Assembly: GCA_965657365.1 (NCBI GenBank)
Contig: CBFHOD010000005.1
Span: forward strand, 1,137-65,136
From: Flavobacteriaceae bacterium
GTDB taxonomy: Bacteria; Bacteroidota; Bacteroidia; Flavobacteriales; Flavobacteriaceae
Direction of reading: 5' to 3'
DNA: 64,000 bases
The position numbers and the translations under genes are program-made. The notes below the pieces were generated by a model. It saw only the letters and a list, made by a program, of their open reading frames with translations. It was not told where the DNA came from and made no database searches. Positions 9,613 through 20,769 of this stretch are shown piece by piece. How positions within the stretch are numbered: position 1 is the first letter of the stretch; every line of letters starts with the position of its first letter.

Positions 9613-11439
9613 ATGTCAACTTTTTTAGAATTAGGTCTAAAAGAACCTATCAACAAAGCTTTAACAGATTTAGGATATGAAAAACCAACTGTTATTCAAG
9701 AAAAAGCAATTCCACAAATTATATCTTCAGTAGACGATTTAAAAGCATTTGCACAAACAGGAACTGGAAAAACAGCAGCATTTAGTTTGCCAATTTTACA
9801 GTTAGCAGATGAAACCAGTAAAAACACACAAGCTATTATTTTATCTCCTACCCGTGAACTAGCTGTTCAAATTGGAAACAACATTAAAGAATTTTCCAAA
9901 TACATGCCCAACATAAAAGTAGTTACTGTCTATGGTGGGGCTAATATTGAAGAACAAATTAGAGGACTCAAAAAAGGGGCGCAAATTGTTGTTGGTACTC
10001 CAGGAAGAACAGTAGACTTAATAAACAGAAGAGCACTAAAACTTGGCAATATAGAGTGGTTAGTTCTCGATGAAGCTGATGAAATGCTTAATATGGGTTT
10101 TAAAGATGAATTAGATAAAGTCTTAGAAGCTACACCAGAAACAAAACAAACCCTTTTGTTTTCTGCAACTTTTCCTAGAGAAGTTGAAGCCATAGCAAAA
10201 AACTATATGACTAAACCTGTTGAAATTACTTCTGGTCAAAAAAATACAGGTGCTGATAATGTAAGTCATGAGTATTACTTAGTTACTGAAAGAACAAGAT
10301 ATCAAGCACTTAAAAGAATAGCGGACTTAAACCCAGATATTTATGCTATTATTTTTTGTAGAACGCGACGGGAAACTCAAGAGGTTGCAGATAATTTAAT
10401 AAAGGATGGGTATAATGCAGATGCACTTCACGGTGAGCTATCTCAGGCTCAAAGAGATTCTGTTATGGGTAAGTTTAGAAAGAAAACTGTTCAAATTTTA
10501 GTCGCTACAGATGTAGCTGCTAGAGGCTTAGATGTTGATAGTCTGACTCATGTAATTAATCACAAATTACCTGATCAAATTGAAAATTATACCCATAGAA
10601 GTGGAAGAACTGGTAGAGCTGGTAAAACAGGAATTTCTATTGCATTGGTCAATAATAAAGAAAAAGGGAGAATTCGAGCTATAGAACGTATTATTAAGAA
10701 AAAGTTTGATCAAGGGAAAGTACCTAGTGGAAAAGAGATTTGCCAAAATCAATTAATGCATCTAATAGATAAAGTAAATGCTATTGAGGTAAAACAAAGC
10801 GAAATTGAAGATTTCTTACCTAGTATCTATGAAAAATTAGAGGGATTAAGTAGAGAAGAGTTAATTCAGAAATTTGTTTCATTAGAATTTAACTCCTTCC
10901 TCTCTTATTATGAAAATGCAAGAGATTTAAATGATCTATCATCTAGAGATACAGGCAGAAACGGAAGAGGTTCTAATGAAAATATGACTCGCTTTTTTAT
11001 CAATATTGGCCGAAAAGATAGTCTAAATCCAGCGAGGTTAATTGGACTTATAAATGATCAAAAAATTACTGACAATATAGAAATTGGTGCTATAGATATT
11101 TTAGATACCTTTTCATTTTTTGAAATTGATAAAAAATTTGAAGAACAAACTTTAAGTGCTTTTGCAGATAACCAACCTGAGTTTAGTGGTAGAGGTGTCA
11201 ATATCGAAATCACAAAAAAAGAACGTGGCGGTGGAAGACGAGGTAAAAAATCTTTCGGGAAAAAAGATGGTGGTTTTGGTAGACGAAGAAATTCTGAAAA
11301 ATTATCTGGGGGTCGAAGAAGCGAAGGCAGCAATCGAAGTAGAAGTTCTTCAAGAGCTGGTGGAGATCGACCTGATAGAAATTCTGGTAGTGATAGAAGA
11401 CCCTCAGGATTTGGAAGAAAAAGGAGAGATAGAAGATAA
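9613..11439 (+). CDS. deaD: DEAD-box RNA helicase (DeaD/CshA type with DbpA RNA-binding domain)
   Basis: Q motif, AQTGTGKT, PTRELA, DEAD, SAT, ARGLD, HRSGRTGRAG, DbpA-type domain and an R/G/S-rich tail. Confidence 0.93.
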   Translation: MSTFLELGLKEPINKALTDLGYEKPTVIQEKAIPQIISSVDDLKAFAQTGTGKTAAFSLPILQLADETSKNTQAIILSPTRELAVQIGNNIKEFSKYMPNIKVVTVYGGANIEEQIRGLKKGAQIVVGTPGRTVDLINRRALKLGNIEWLVLDEADEMLNMGFKDELDKVLEATPETKQTLLFSATFPREVEAIAKNYMTKPVEITSGQKNTGADNVSHEYYLVTERTRYQALKRIADLNPDIYAIIFCRTRRETQEVADNLIKDGYNADALHGELSQAQRDSVMGKFRKKTVQILVATDVAARGLDVDSLTHVINHKLPDQIENYTHRSGRTGRAGKTGISIALVNNKEKGRIRAIERIIKKKFDQGKVPSGKEICQNQLMHLIDKVNAIEVKQSEIEDFLPSIYEKLEGLSREELIQKFVSLEFNSFLSYYENARDLNDLSSRDTGRNGRGSNENMTRFFINIGRKDSLNPARLIGLINDQKITDNIEIGAIDILDTFSFFEIDKKFEEQTLSAFADNQPEFSGRGVNIEITKKERGGGRRGKKSFGKKDGGFGRRRNSEKLSGGRRSEGSNRSRSSSRAGGDRPDRNSGSDRRPSGFGRKRRDRR

Positions 11440-11457
11440 AACTAAATTTACTCACAT

Positions 11458-11488
11458 AAAAAAACCATCACAAATGATGGTTTTTTTT
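11458..11488. terminator. Bidirectional intrinsic terminator
   Basis: A7-CCATCA-caaa-TGATGG-T8 between convergent genes. Confidence 0.85.
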
Positions 11489-11514
11489 ATGTTTAATGAT
11501 ACTATTTTTTAAAA

Positions 11515-12771
11515 TTAAGCTTCCATCATTGAAGCTGCAATTTTTTTATAAGTTCCATTTTCTAATAAATCTCTAATTGCAGAAAATGCAATAATAGTTT
11601 CATCAATATCTTCCTGTGTATGCGAAGCAGTTGGTATTAAACGTAATATTATTAAACCCTTAGGAATCACAGGATAAACTACTATGGAACAAAATACACC
11701 ATGATTTTCTCTTAAATCATGGACTAAAGCCATAGCCTCGGGAACATCACCCTTTAAAAATACAGGGGTAATACAAGTTTGAGTTGTTCCTAAATCAAAT
11801 CCAGCAGAGCGTAAACCTGATTGAAGTGAATTAGTATTCTCCCATAACTTATCCTTTAACTCAGGCATGGTACGAATCATATCTAAACGTTTTAGTGCTC
11901 CTTTTACCATTGCCATTGGTAATGTTTTTGCAAAAGTTTGCGAACGCATGTTGTATTGTAAAAATTGAATCACATCTTTGTCACCAGCTAAGAAAGCACC
12001 AATACCTGCCATAGATTTAGCAAAGGTTGCAAAATATACATCTATATCATTTTGAACTCCTTGTTCATAACCGGTTCCTCTACCTCCCTCACCTAAAGTT
12101 CCAAAACCATGAGCATCATCAACTAATAATCTAAAATTATATTTCTCCTTAAGGGCTACAATTTCCTTTAATCGACCCTGTTCTCCTCTCATTCCAAAAA
12201 CACCCTCAGAAATTGCTAAAATTCCTCCTCCTGTTTTTTCAGCCATTTTAACAGCTCTTTTCATGTTTTTTTCAAAACTCTCCATATCATTATGCCTGTA
12301 TACAAATCGTTTTCCTGGATGTAAACGAACACCATCAATAATACAAGCGTGGGTATCAACATCATAAACTATAATATCATTCTTACTGACTAAGGCATCA
12401 ATAGCAGACATTATTCCTTGGTAACCAAAATTTAACAAATAAGCTTTTTCTTTACCAACAAATTCAGCACACTCGTTTTCTAACTGTTCATGATATTTAG
12501 TATGACCAGACATCATTCTAGCTCCCATTGGATAAGCCATACCGTGCTCTATTGCAGCTTCTCCGTCTACTTTTAAAACTTCAGGATGATTAGCCAAACC
12601 TAGATAATCATTTACACTCCAAGTTATTACCTTCTTTCCATTGAAAGACATACGATTAGATATTGGACCCTCTAGCTTAGGAAAAACATAGTAACCCTCT
12701 GCTTTATCTGCCCAATTTCCCAGTGGACCTTTATCTGCTTTAATTCTATCAAAAAGATCGTTAGTCATCAT
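11515..12771 (-). CDS. Alpha-oxoamine synthase (SPT/BioF family), probable cysteate-C-fatty acyltransferase (CapB-like)
   Basis: NDYLGLA, DDAHGFG and TFAKS (PLP Lys); adjacent to a cysteine-synthase-family gene, as in flavobacterial sulfonolipid loci. Confidence 0.8.
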   Translation of the reverse strand: MMTNDLFDRIKADKGPLGNWADKAEGYYVFPKLEGPISNRMSFNGKKVITWSVNDYLGLANHPEVLKVDGEAAIEHGMAYPMGARMMSGHTKYHEQLENECAEFVGKEKAYLLNFGYQGIMSAIDALVSKNDIIVYDVDTHACIIDGVRLHPGKRFVYRHNDMESFEKNMKRAVKMAEKTGGGILAISEGVFGMRGEQGRLKEIVALKEKYNFRLLVDDAHGFGTLGEGGRGTGYEQGVQNDIDVYFATFAKSMAGIGAFLAGDKDVIQFLQYNMRSQTFAKTLPMAMVKGALKRLDMIRTMPELKDKLWENTNSLQSGLRSAGFDLGTTQTCITPVFLKGDVPEAMALVHDLRENHGVFCSIVVYPVIPKGLIILRLIPTASHTQEDIDETIIAFSAIRDLLENGTYKKIAASMMEA

Positions 12772-12891
12772 CTAAATATTTATTTATATCGTGATTTTAA
12801 GCCTGCAAAGTAAAAGAATTTTAAGGAGTTATTCAAATAAAATAATTTTGATTACAGATGCTTAAAATAAAATTAGTGTTGTTGTTTTAAA

Positions 12892-13929
12892 TTATTTAAT
12901 ATAGGTTGAAGGCTTATTTTGGGGTAATTTAGGGTCATAAAAACCTTGTTCTTTCATCCAATCGTCACTATATATTTTACTCATATAACGAGATCCATGA
13001 TCTGGAAATACTAAAACCACAAAACTATCATTATCAAACATTCCCTTATTTGCATATTGCTCTGTAGCCTGCATAACAGCTCCACAAGTATATCCTGGAA
13101 ATATTCCTTCTTTTTTTATGATTTCTCTTGCTTTGTATGCAGCATCTTTATCAGTAACTTTTTCATAAACATCAATGACTGAAAAATCTGTTGCACTAGG
13201 AATTAAATTTTTACCTAATCCCTCAATTTTATAGGGCTTAATTTCATTTTTATCTAATTTTCCAGTCTCATGATATTTTTTCAACACAGATCCAACAGCA
13301 TCAACTCCTAAAATTTTTATATCTGGGTTTTGTTCTTTTAAATACTTACCTGTTCCAGAAATTGTACCTCCAGTTCCACTTGCGGCAACTAAATGGGTTA
13401 TTTTTCCATTGGTTTGGTTCCATATTTCAGGACCAGTTGTGGCGTAATGTGCATCAATATTAAGACTATTAAAATATTGATTAATATAAACTGAATTAGG
13501 AGTTTCCTTGTGTATTCTTTTGGCTACTTCATAATACGACTTGGAATCATCTACTGAAACATTGGCTGGACATACAAAAACCTCTGCACCCATGGCTCTG
13601 AGCCCATCTATTTTATCTGGTGAAGATTTATCGCTTACCGCTAATTTACATTTATAGCCTTTAACCATGGCTATCATAGCTAACGAAAATCCAGTATTGC
13701 CAGAGGTTGTTTCAACAATAGTACTTCCTTTTGTTAAAATACCTTTTCTTTCGGCATTTTCAACAATATGAAGTGCTATTCTATCTTTTTGAGATTGACC
13801 AGGATTAAACATTTCTAGTTTAGCAAAATATTTACCTGGAAAGTTATTTATAATCTTATTTAATTGAACTATAGGGGTTTGACCTACTAATTCTGTTAAG
13901 TTATTATAAATACCGTTGTTTCTTGTCAT
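12892..13929 (-). CDS. PLP-dependent cysteine synthase/CBS family protein, probable cysteate synthase (CapA-like)
   Basis: [34 protein letters not shown] and DHGSRY motifs. Confidence 0.8.
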   Translation of the reverse strand: MTRNNGIYNNLTELVGQTPIVQLNKIINNFPGKYFAKLEMFNPGQSQKDRIALHIVENAERKGILTKGSTIVETTSGNTGFSLAMIAMVKGYKCKLAVSDKSSPDKIDGLRAMGAEVFVCPANVSVDDSKSYYEVAKRIHKETPNSVYINQYFNSLNIDAHYATTGPEIWNQTNGKITHLVAASGTGGTISGTGKYLKEQNPDIKILGVDAVGSVLKKYHETGKLDKNEIKPYKIEGLGKNLIPSATDFSVIDVYEKVTDKDAAYKAREIIKKEGIFPGYTCGAVMQATEQYANKGMFDNDSFVVLVFPDHGSRYMSKIYSDDWMKEQGFYDPKLPQNKPSTYIK

Positions 13930-13952
13930 TATTTTTAAAAACTTGGAAATAA

Positions 13953-16115
13953 CTATAGTTTGTTTTCTAAAGCTAAGAGAAATGTATAATCTATTGCAGT
14001 TTCTTTTAAGGAATCAAAACGTCCAGATGCACCTCCATGTCCAACATCCATATTAGTATGTAATAATAAGATATTATTATCTGTCTTAACTTCTCTTAAT
14101 TTGGCTACCCATTTTGCTGGCTCCCAATATTGAACTTGACTATCAAAATAACCAGTAGTTACTAGCATATTTGGGTAATCTTTAGCCTCAACTTGATCAT
14201 AAGGTGAATATGACAACATGTAATCATAAGCCTCTTTTTCTTTAGGATTACCCCATTCGTCAAATTCTCCTGTTGTTAGTGGTATTGATTCATCTAGCAT
14301 GGTAGAAATAACATCAACAAAAGGAACTGCAGCTATAATACCATTATATAGTTCTGGGTTAAAATTGCTTATACCACCCATCAAAAGACCACCGGCTGAT
14401 CCTCCCATAGCATATAAATGTTTAGCTGAGGTATACTTATTTTCAATTAAATATTTTGAACAATCGATAAAATCAAAAAATGAATTTTTCTTATTCATCA
14501 TTTTCCCGTCATTATACCATTCTCTACCTAAATACTGACCTCCTCTAATATGAGCTACAGCATACACAAAACCTCTATCTAATAAACTTAATCGAGTTGA
14601 AGAAAAACCATCGGAAATAGTGTAACCATAGGATCCATAAGCATATTGCAATAAGGGCGTGTCTTTATTTAATTCCGTGTCTTTATGGTACACTAGAGAA
14701 ATGGCAACTTTTTTACCATCTCTTGCTGTTGCCCAAACACGTTCACTTTTGTAATTACTTTTATTAAATTTTCCTCCTAAAACTTCTTGTTCTTTTTTAA
14801 CTTCTTTAGTTTGATTTCTCATATTAAAATCAATCACAGAGTTTGGAGTTGTCATGGAATTGTAGGAATAACGAATAACTTCTGTATCAAATTCAGGGTT
14901 TGCATATACTCCAGCAGAATACGTTTCTTCATCAAATGGTAAATAATAATCTTCTTTACCATCCCATGTTTTTATTCTAATCCTACCTAAACCTTTTGTT
15001 CTTTCCTCTATAACTAAATAATTTTTAAATATGGAAACATCTTCAAGTAAGGTTTCATTTCTATGAGGTATAACATCAACCCAGTTCTCTTTTGCAGTTT
15101 TATTTACTGGTGTTTTCATCAGCTTAAAATTGAGAGCACCATCTTTATTTGTTTGTATGTAAAAATAATCTCCATAATGAGCCAAACTGTATTCTAAATT
15201 GTCTTCTCTAGGTTGAATAATCTTCCAATCTCCATAGGGTTTGTCTGCAGAAATAATTCTAAATTCAGAGGACAAAGTACTTGAACTTCCAATAACAATA
15301 AATTTATGAGATTTCGTTTTATATACATAAGTACTATACGTTTCATCTTTTTCTTCATAAACGATTACATCTTCAGATGCATCTGTTCCTAGTATATGTC
15401 TATATATTGAGGAACTTCTGAGTGTCAAAGGATCTTTTTTTGTGTAAAAAAGAGTTTTATTATCGTTAGACCATACAGATCCTCCAGTAGTATTTTCTAT
15501 TTTATCAGTTAAAATATTACCTGTTTCTAAGTTCTTAATTTGAATGGTATATTGTCTTCTACTTACAGTATCAGTCGCAAATGCAACCAAAGTATTATTA
15601 GGGCTTACATTAAGACCTCCTAACTGAAAATACTCATAACCTTCAGCTTCCTTGTTGACATCAAAAAGAATTTCTTCTTTTGCCTCTAGATTCTCTTTTT
15701 TTCTGGAGTAAATTGGATATTGACTTCCCTTTTCAAAACGTGTTATGTAAAAATAATTATTTCTAAAATAAGGAACTGAAGTATCATCTTCTTTTATTCT
15801 ACCTTTCATTTCCTCAAAAAGTTCTTCTTGAAAATTATTTGTAGAGGCTGTTACTTTATCAAAATACTCATTTTCAGAATTTAGATAGGCTTCAACTTTT
15901 TGAGTTTGAGCATCTTTATTTTTTGCTGTTTTTTGTTCATCTGTTAAACGCATCCAAAAATAATTATCTATTCTTGTCGAGTTGTGAATAGTTAATGACT
16001 TTGCTTGTATTTCTGCTTTAGGCGTTTTCACGTCTTTATTCATTTTTATTTCTGATTTACATCCTGATGCAAAAATAACACATATCAATGCACTAAACTT
16101 TAAAATCTGTTTCAT
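13953..16115 (-). CDS. ptrB: Oligopeptidase B (S9A), lipoprotein
   Basis: Lipobox ASGC; GGSAGG nucleophile, DSQV and GHGG catalytic triad. Confidence 0.92.
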   Translation of the reverse strand: MKQILKFSALICVIFASGCKSEIKMNKDVKTPKAEIQAKSLTIHNSTRIDNYFWMRLTDEQKTAKNKDAQTQKVEAYLNSENEYFDKVTASTNNFQEELFEEMKGRIKEDDTSVPYFRNNYFYITRFEKGSQYPIYSRKKENLEAKEEILFDVNKEAEGYEYFQLGGLNVSPNNTLVAFATDTVSRRQYTIQIKNLETGNILTDKIENTTGGSVWSNDNKTLFYTKKDPLTLRSSSIYRHILGTDASEDVIVYEEKDETYSTYVYKTKSHKFIVIGSSSTLSSEFRIISADKPYGDWKIIQPREDNLEYSLAHYGDYFYIQTNKDGALNFKLMKTPVNKTAKENWVDVIPHRNETLLEDVSIFKNYLVIEERTKGLGRIRIKTWDGKEDYYLPFDEETYSAGVYANPEFDTEVIRYSYNSMTTPNSVIDFNMRNQTKEVKKEQEVLGGKFNKSNYKSERVWATARDGKKVAISLVYHKDTELNKDTPLLQYAYGSYGYTISDGFSSTRLSLLDRGFVYAVAHIRGGQYLGREWYNDGKMMNKKNSFFDFIDCSKYLIENKYTSAKHLYAMGGSAGGLLMGGISNFNPELYNGIIAAVPFVDVISTMLDESIPLTTGEFDEWGNPKEKEAYDYMLSYSPYDQVEAKDYPNMLVTTGYFDSQVQYWEPAKWVAKLREVKTDNNILLLHTNMDVGHGGASGRFDSLKETAIDYTFLLALENKL

Positions 16116-16185
16116 TTTAAAAGGTTTTTTTGAGATTTATTTTTAATATTTTTATTTAAATTAAAGTGTTTAAAACACTAATTAA

Positions 16186-17466
16186 CTATTTTTTGAAGTC
16201 TAAAATTGTCTTCTTAATAATAGAAATACAATCTAACAATTCATTTTCATTCATTACTAAAGGTGGGGCAAAACGAATAATGTTTCCGTGTGTTGGTTTT
16301 GCTAACAAGCCATTATCTCTTAATTTAATACAGATGTCCCAGGCCGTGGTACTGTCTTCAGTATCGTTAATTAAAATGGCATTTAAAAGACCTTTACCTC
16401 TAACTTTTTTGATCCATTTGTTATCCTCAGCAAACAAAGACAATTCATGTCTAAAAATCTTACCTAACCTATCAGCATTTTCAGCTAAATCTTCATCTCT
16501 TACTACATCTAATGCAGCTACGGCAACTGAAGCTGCTATAGGATTGCCTCCAAAAGTAGATCCATGGTTACCTGGTTTAATAACATCCATAATAGAATTG
16601 TTAGCTAATACTGCTGAGACAGGATATGCTCCTCCACTTAACGCTTTCCCAAGAATTAAAACATCTGGTTTTACGTCAGGTGTGCCAGAGCAATTTTTAT
16701 CCTCACATAAACAATTACCACAAGTAGCTAGTAATCTTCCAGTTCTAGCAATACCTGTTTGAACTTCATCAGCTATAAATAAAACTCCATATTCTTCACA
16801 AAGTGCTTTTGCACTTTCTAGATACCCTTCAGATGGAACATAAACTCCAGCTTCACCCTGAATGGGTTCTACTAAAAATCCTGCAATATTTTTATTATTC
16901 TCAAGCGCATTTTTTAATGCTGCTATATTATCATATTCAATTTTAATAAACCCATTTGTAAATGGTCCAAAATTTTTCCTTGCAACTGGATCGTTGGAAA
17001 AAGAAATAATTGTGGTAGTTCTTCCGTGAAAATTGTTTTCACAAACAATTATTTCTGCTTTATTCTCTTCAATTCCTTTAACTTCATACGCCCACTTTCT
17101 GCAAAGCTTTAAGGCAGTTTCAACAGCTTCAGCCCCTGTATTCATTGGTAAAACTTTATCAAAACCAAAATACTCTGTAACATACTTTTCATAAGTACCT
17201 AAAACATCATTATAAAATGCCCTAGATGTTAAACTTAAAGTTTTGGCTTGAGCTACCATAGCATTTACAATTTTAGGGTGACAATGCCCTTGATTTACTG
17301 CTGAATAAGCAGATAAAAAATCATAATATTTTTTACCCTCTACATCCCAAACATAAACACCCTCTCCTCTACTTAAAACCACCGGAAGTGGATGATAATT
17401 GTGGGCACCATGTTTATTTTCTAATTCAATCGCTTGTTGCGAAGTTACGTGTTCTAAAACAGCCAT
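16186..17466 (-). CDS. rocD: Ornithine--oxo-acid aminotransferase
   Basis: [41 protein letters not shown] and HGSTFGGNP motifs. Confidence 0.96.
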   Translation of the reverse strand: MAVLEHVTSQQAIELENKHGAHNYHPLPVVLSRGEGVYVWDVEGKKYYDFLSAYSAVNQGHCHPKIVNAMVAQAKTLSLTSRAFYNDVLGTYEKYVTEYFGFDKVLPMNTGAEAVETALKLCRKWAYEVKGIEENKAEIIVCENNFHGRTTTIISFSNDPVARKNFGPFTNGFIKIEYDNIAALKNALENNKNIAGFLVEPIQGEAGVYVPSEGYLESAKALCEEYGVLFIADEVQTGIARTGRLLATCGNCLCEDKNCSGTPDVKPDVLILGKALSGGAYPVSAVLANNSIMDVIKPGNHGSTFGGNPIAASVAVAALDVVRDEDLAENADRLGKIFRHELSLFAEDNKWIKKVRGKGLLNAILINDTEDSTTAWDICIKLRDNGLLAKPTHGNIIRFAPPLVMNENELLDCISIIKKTILDFKK

Positions 17467-17645
17467 TTAAAATAATTTAAGGTTTATGCAATGAATCCTT
17501 CAAAGCATTGTTTACATCTTTATAGAGAAATAAACGTAATAATTAAATCTCGCTTTTGCGAGTGAAATAACCATTCCTTATCTACCTTTATCTTTTCGAA
17601 AGATTCAAAAATTCAGCGTGGGAAAGAAATCATCCCTAGGAGCCG
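17467..17645 (-). ncRNA. Candidate structured cis-regulatory 5' leader of rocD
   Basis: GC-enriched island with several hairpins downstream of a TAAATTGC promoter-like motif; see findings. Confidence 0.4.
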
Positions 17646-17749
17646 CAATTTAAGAAATATTATTCATATCAATTGCATCAAATTTATTACTATTTCTATC
17701 TGTAATTGATATGTTTTATTAATTTTGCAACATATTACTATGACTACAT

Positions 17750-19204
17750 ATGCCAAAAAGAGAACGGAATAAATTTGTTAAAAGAGGACAAATATTAGAA
17801 CTAACAATTGAAGATTATGCCTTTGGTGGAAAAGGAATCGCTAGAATAAGATCTGAAGAAGGTGTGTTTGTAGTATTTGTTCCAAACACAATTCCTGGAC
17901 AGACGGTAAAAGCTCAAGTAAAAAAATCTACTAAGAATTATGCTGAATGTAATTTAATTGATGTTCTTCAAAATTCTGAAGATGAAATTTCTGTTCCATA
18001 CCAAGATATTCCTGGCGCTCCCTATATTCAATTGCCCATAGAATTACAACATCGTTACAAGAAAGAAAGTACTTTATCACTATTCAAACGTATTGGCAAA
18101 GTTCCAAATATAGATGAGCTTTTTGATGAATTGGTAACTTCACCAAATGTATTTCATTACAGGAATAAAATGGAATACGGGTTTTCTGCTATTGGTTATG
18201 ATAGAATAAATAAAACAGATATTGATATTTTTACTTTAGGCTTCAAAAGACGTGGTGTTTGGTGGATGGGAGATAATTTAGAAAAAGACTCTGGATTGTT
18301 CGACACCTTAGTTGAAGATAACATTAGTACCATAAGAAAGTATTGTGAAGCAACTGGGTTATCTCCATGGCATGGTCCAAAGAGAGTAGGTTTTTTTCGT
18401 TATTTTGTAGTTAGAAAATCCTACAAAACCGACCAGCTTTTATTTAATTTAGTTACAACATCTTTCGATCTTCCTAAATTTGACTTGAACGATTTTTCTA
18501 AGTTGTTACAAGGTATTTTCAAAGAGCGGTTTGCAGGATTTTTACATTCAATTAATGATGAAACAGGTGATAGAACTCTTGCAACTTCAGGAACAAGTCA
18601 ATTGATTTCAGGTGAGGATAAGATTGTAGAGGAACTATTAGGATTGAATTTTGAAATTAGTATGAAAAGTTTCTTTCAAACCAATCCAAAATCTGCAGAA
18701 AAATTATATTCTAAAGTAATTGATTATGCTTTAGAAAATAAAGAAGCTATTGACAATACAATTGTTATGGACTTATTTTGTGGAACGGGAACGATCGGTC
18801 AAATCTTAGCTTCAAGAAGTACTAATGCTAAAATTATTGGAGTAGATATTGTTGCCTCTGCCATTAAAGATGCTATAAAAAATGCTAAAAGAAATCACAT
18901 AAATGGATTGAAATTTTACACAGCAGATGTAGGAAAATTTCTTTATGAACATCCTGAATATAAAAATAAAATTCGAACAATTATTTTGGACCCCTCCCGT
19001 GCAGGTATTGCTCCTAAAACACTTAAAAAAATCATTTCGATTAACGCCGAAAGAATAGTATATGTTTCATGTAATCCTGCAACTCAAGCAAGAGATACTG
19101 TAGAAATGATGAACCATGGTTATGAAATTAAAAAAATAAGTTTGGTTGATCAGTTTCCACATACATCACATATTGAAACTGTTGTGCTTTTTGAAAAAAT
19201 ATAA
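17750..19204 (+). CDS. rlmD: 23S rRNA (uracil-C5)-methyltransferase, TRAM domain
   Basis: TRAM N-terminus, YRNKMEY, SFFQTN, DLFCGTGTIG, YVSCNPATQARD and DQFPHTSHIE motifs. Confidence 0.9.
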   Translation: MPKRERNKFVKRGQILELTIEDYAFGGKGIARIRSEEGVFVVFVPNTIPGQTVKAQVKKSTKNYAECNLIDVLQNSEDEISVPYQDIPGAPYIQLPIELQHRYKKESTLSLFKRIGKVPNIDELFDELVTSPNVFHYRNKMEYGFSAIGYDRINKTDIDIFTLGFKRRGVWWMGDNLEKDSGLFDTLVEDNISTIRKYCEATGLSPWHGPKRVGFFRYFVVRKSYKTDQLLFNLVTTSFDLPKFDLNDFSKLLQGIFKERFAGFLHSINDETGDRTLATSGTSQLISGEDKIVEELLGLNFEISMKSFFQTNPKSAEKLYSKVIDYALENKEAIDNTIVMDLFCGTGTIGQILASRSTNAKIIGVDIVASAIKDAIKNAKRNHINGLKFYTADVGKFLYEHPEYKNKIRTIILDPSRAGIAPKTLKKIISINAERIVYVSCNPATQARDTVEMMNHGYEIKKISLVDQFPHTSHIETVVLFEKI

Positions 19205-19265
19205 TATTTGATGTAATTTAATCGTATCAAAATTGTTGTACTTTTGATACAAATACAAGCTAATA

Positions 19266-19556
19266 ATGAAAAAACTAACAGAGGTAGAAATTGAAAAAAA
19301 ATTAAAAGATTTACCAGATTGGGATTATTATGAAAATGCCTTGCATTCAGAATTTGAATTTGATAGTTTCAAAAACTGTATGAGTGCTATGATGAGAATA
19401 GCTTTTGAGTGTGAAAATCTAAATCATCATCCTGAATGGACTAATGTTTACAATATTCTGGAGATAAAACTGACAACTCATGATGCTGGAGGTGTTACAG
19501 AATTAGATTTTAAATTAGCAGAAGCTATGGAAAACATTGTAGAAGTTGAAGAGTAA
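19266..19556 (+). CDS. phhB: Pterin-4-alpha-carbinolamine dehydratase
   Basis: NHHPEW...LTTHDAGGVTELD motif. Confidence 0.92.
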   Translation: MKKLTEVEIEKKLKDLPDWDYYENALHSEFEFDSFKNCMSAMMRIAFECENLNHHPEWTNVYNILEIKLTTHDAGGVTELDFKLAEAMENIVEVEE

Positions 19557-19579
19557 TCACTTTAAGTTACAGATTTGAA

Positions 19580-20053
19580 ATGAGAAAATACTATTTATTA
19601 CTAACGTTAATTGCTCTACTAGTCTCTAGTTGTGAAAAAGATGACTTTTGTATTGAACCTATTACTCCTAATATGGTTATTCGTTTCTATAATGCTACAA
19701 ATATTACACAGACAAAATCTGTAGAAGACTTGTCTGTTAACCCAGAGGGTTTTGATGAACTTTATTCTAATGCCAATTTAGATTCTATTTTAATTCCATT
19801 AGATGTTACTAGTAACCAAATTATTTATAACCTCTCTTCTGAAAGTAATATCGATATTATCACAATAAACTATGATGTTGAAGAAGTATTTGTTTCTAGG
19901 TCGTGTGGTTTCAAAGCAATTTTTAACAATGTGAGTGTCACTTCAGATGTTTCTAATGACTGGATTATTGGACTAACAGAGACCTTAGAAAACACCATTA
20001 CAATTCCAACAATAGATAATGAGACAGCTGCCCATGTTAAAATTTTTCATTAA
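19580..20053 (+). CDS. Lipoprotein (DUF6452-like)
   Basis: Lipobox SSCEKDDFC and FVSRSCGFK. Confidence 0.7.
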   Translation: MRKYYLLLTLIALLVSSCEKDDFCIEPITPNMVIRFYNATNITQTKSVEDLSVNPEGFDELYSNANLDSILIPLDVTSNQIIYNLSSESNIDIITINYDVEEVFVSRSCGFKAIFNNVSVTSDVSNDWIIGLTETLENTITIPTIDNETAAHVKIFH

Positions 20054-20726
20054 AACTTGTTTATTAATCCTTTTTGTTAATGTATCAGCACAACAAAAAA
20101 ATGATTCAATACCCAAAGATAGTATCGTATACAAAACCAATTATGGTCTTAGGCTAGGTATAGATATTAGTAAACCCATCAGGTCTATATTACAAGATTA
20201 CAATAGTGGTCTGGAAATTGTTGGTGATTATAGAATTTCAAAAAAATGGTATGCAGCTGTAGAACTCGGAAATGAAAAATTTACAACAAGAGAAGACTTC
20301 ACAAACTCAACCTCTAGAGGGAGTTATATTAAAATTGGTTTAAACTATAACTCTTACAAGAATTGGCTAGATATGAATAATGAAATCTTCACGGGTTTTC
20401 GTTATGGTTTTGCTACGTTTGAACAAACACTAAACAATTATCAAATAAATAGCAGTCCTCTGTTACCAGCATTGATTAATAATGTACCTATCACAGTAAA
20501 AGGCCTTACAGCGCATTGGTCTGAATTAGTACTAGGTTTTCGAGCAGAAGTGTATCCAAATATTTTCCTAACATTCAGTGGTTCCTATAAAATAATGGTT
20601 AGCCTAAACGATCCGGTAAATTTTAAAACTCATTATGCACCTGGATTTAATAGAGTGTATACAAGCAATACAGGTTTTGGATTCAACTACACAATTTCAT
20701 ATTTAATTCCTTTTCGTAAAAAATAA
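20034..20726 (+). CDS. Outer-membrane beta-barrel-like protein (DUF6048-like)
   Basis: Signal peptide, alternating beta strands, C-terminal FNYTISYLIPF; overlaps the upstream gene. Confidence 0.65.
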   Translation: MLKFFIKTCLLILFVNVSAQQKNDSIPKDSIVYKTNYGLRLGIDISKPIRSILQDYNSGLEIVGDYRISKKWYAAVELGNEKFTTREDFTNSTSRGSYIKIGLNYNSYKNWLDMNNEIFTGFRYGFATFEQTLNNYQINSSPLLPALINNVPITVKGLTAHWSELVLGFRAEVYPNIFLTFSGSYKIMVSLNDPVNFKTHYAPGFNRVYTSNTGFGFNYTISYLIPFRKK

Positions 20727-20769
20727 CTTTATTTTTTACTAACTTAACTCCTCATATAAAAACAATACC

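Noticed and set aside
11156-11512. 118-aa alternate-frame ORF over the helicase tail
   Set aside because: A by-product of the purine-rich R/G/S-coding tail. It runs through the terminator, and I saw no slippery site suggesting a programmed frameshift.
16166-16762. 198-aa plus-strand ORF antisense to rocD
   Set aside because: Lies almost entirely opposite a well-conserved gene in the codon-mirrored frame, has no motifs and starts with GTG; a typical shadow ORF.
17512-17574. 20-codon uORF MVISLAKARFNYYVYFSIKM in the rocD leader, preceded by AAGGA
   Set aside because: No enrichment of relevant amino acids, and Bacteroidota rarely use Shine-Dalgarno sequences. The AAGGAAU is better explained as a pairing element.
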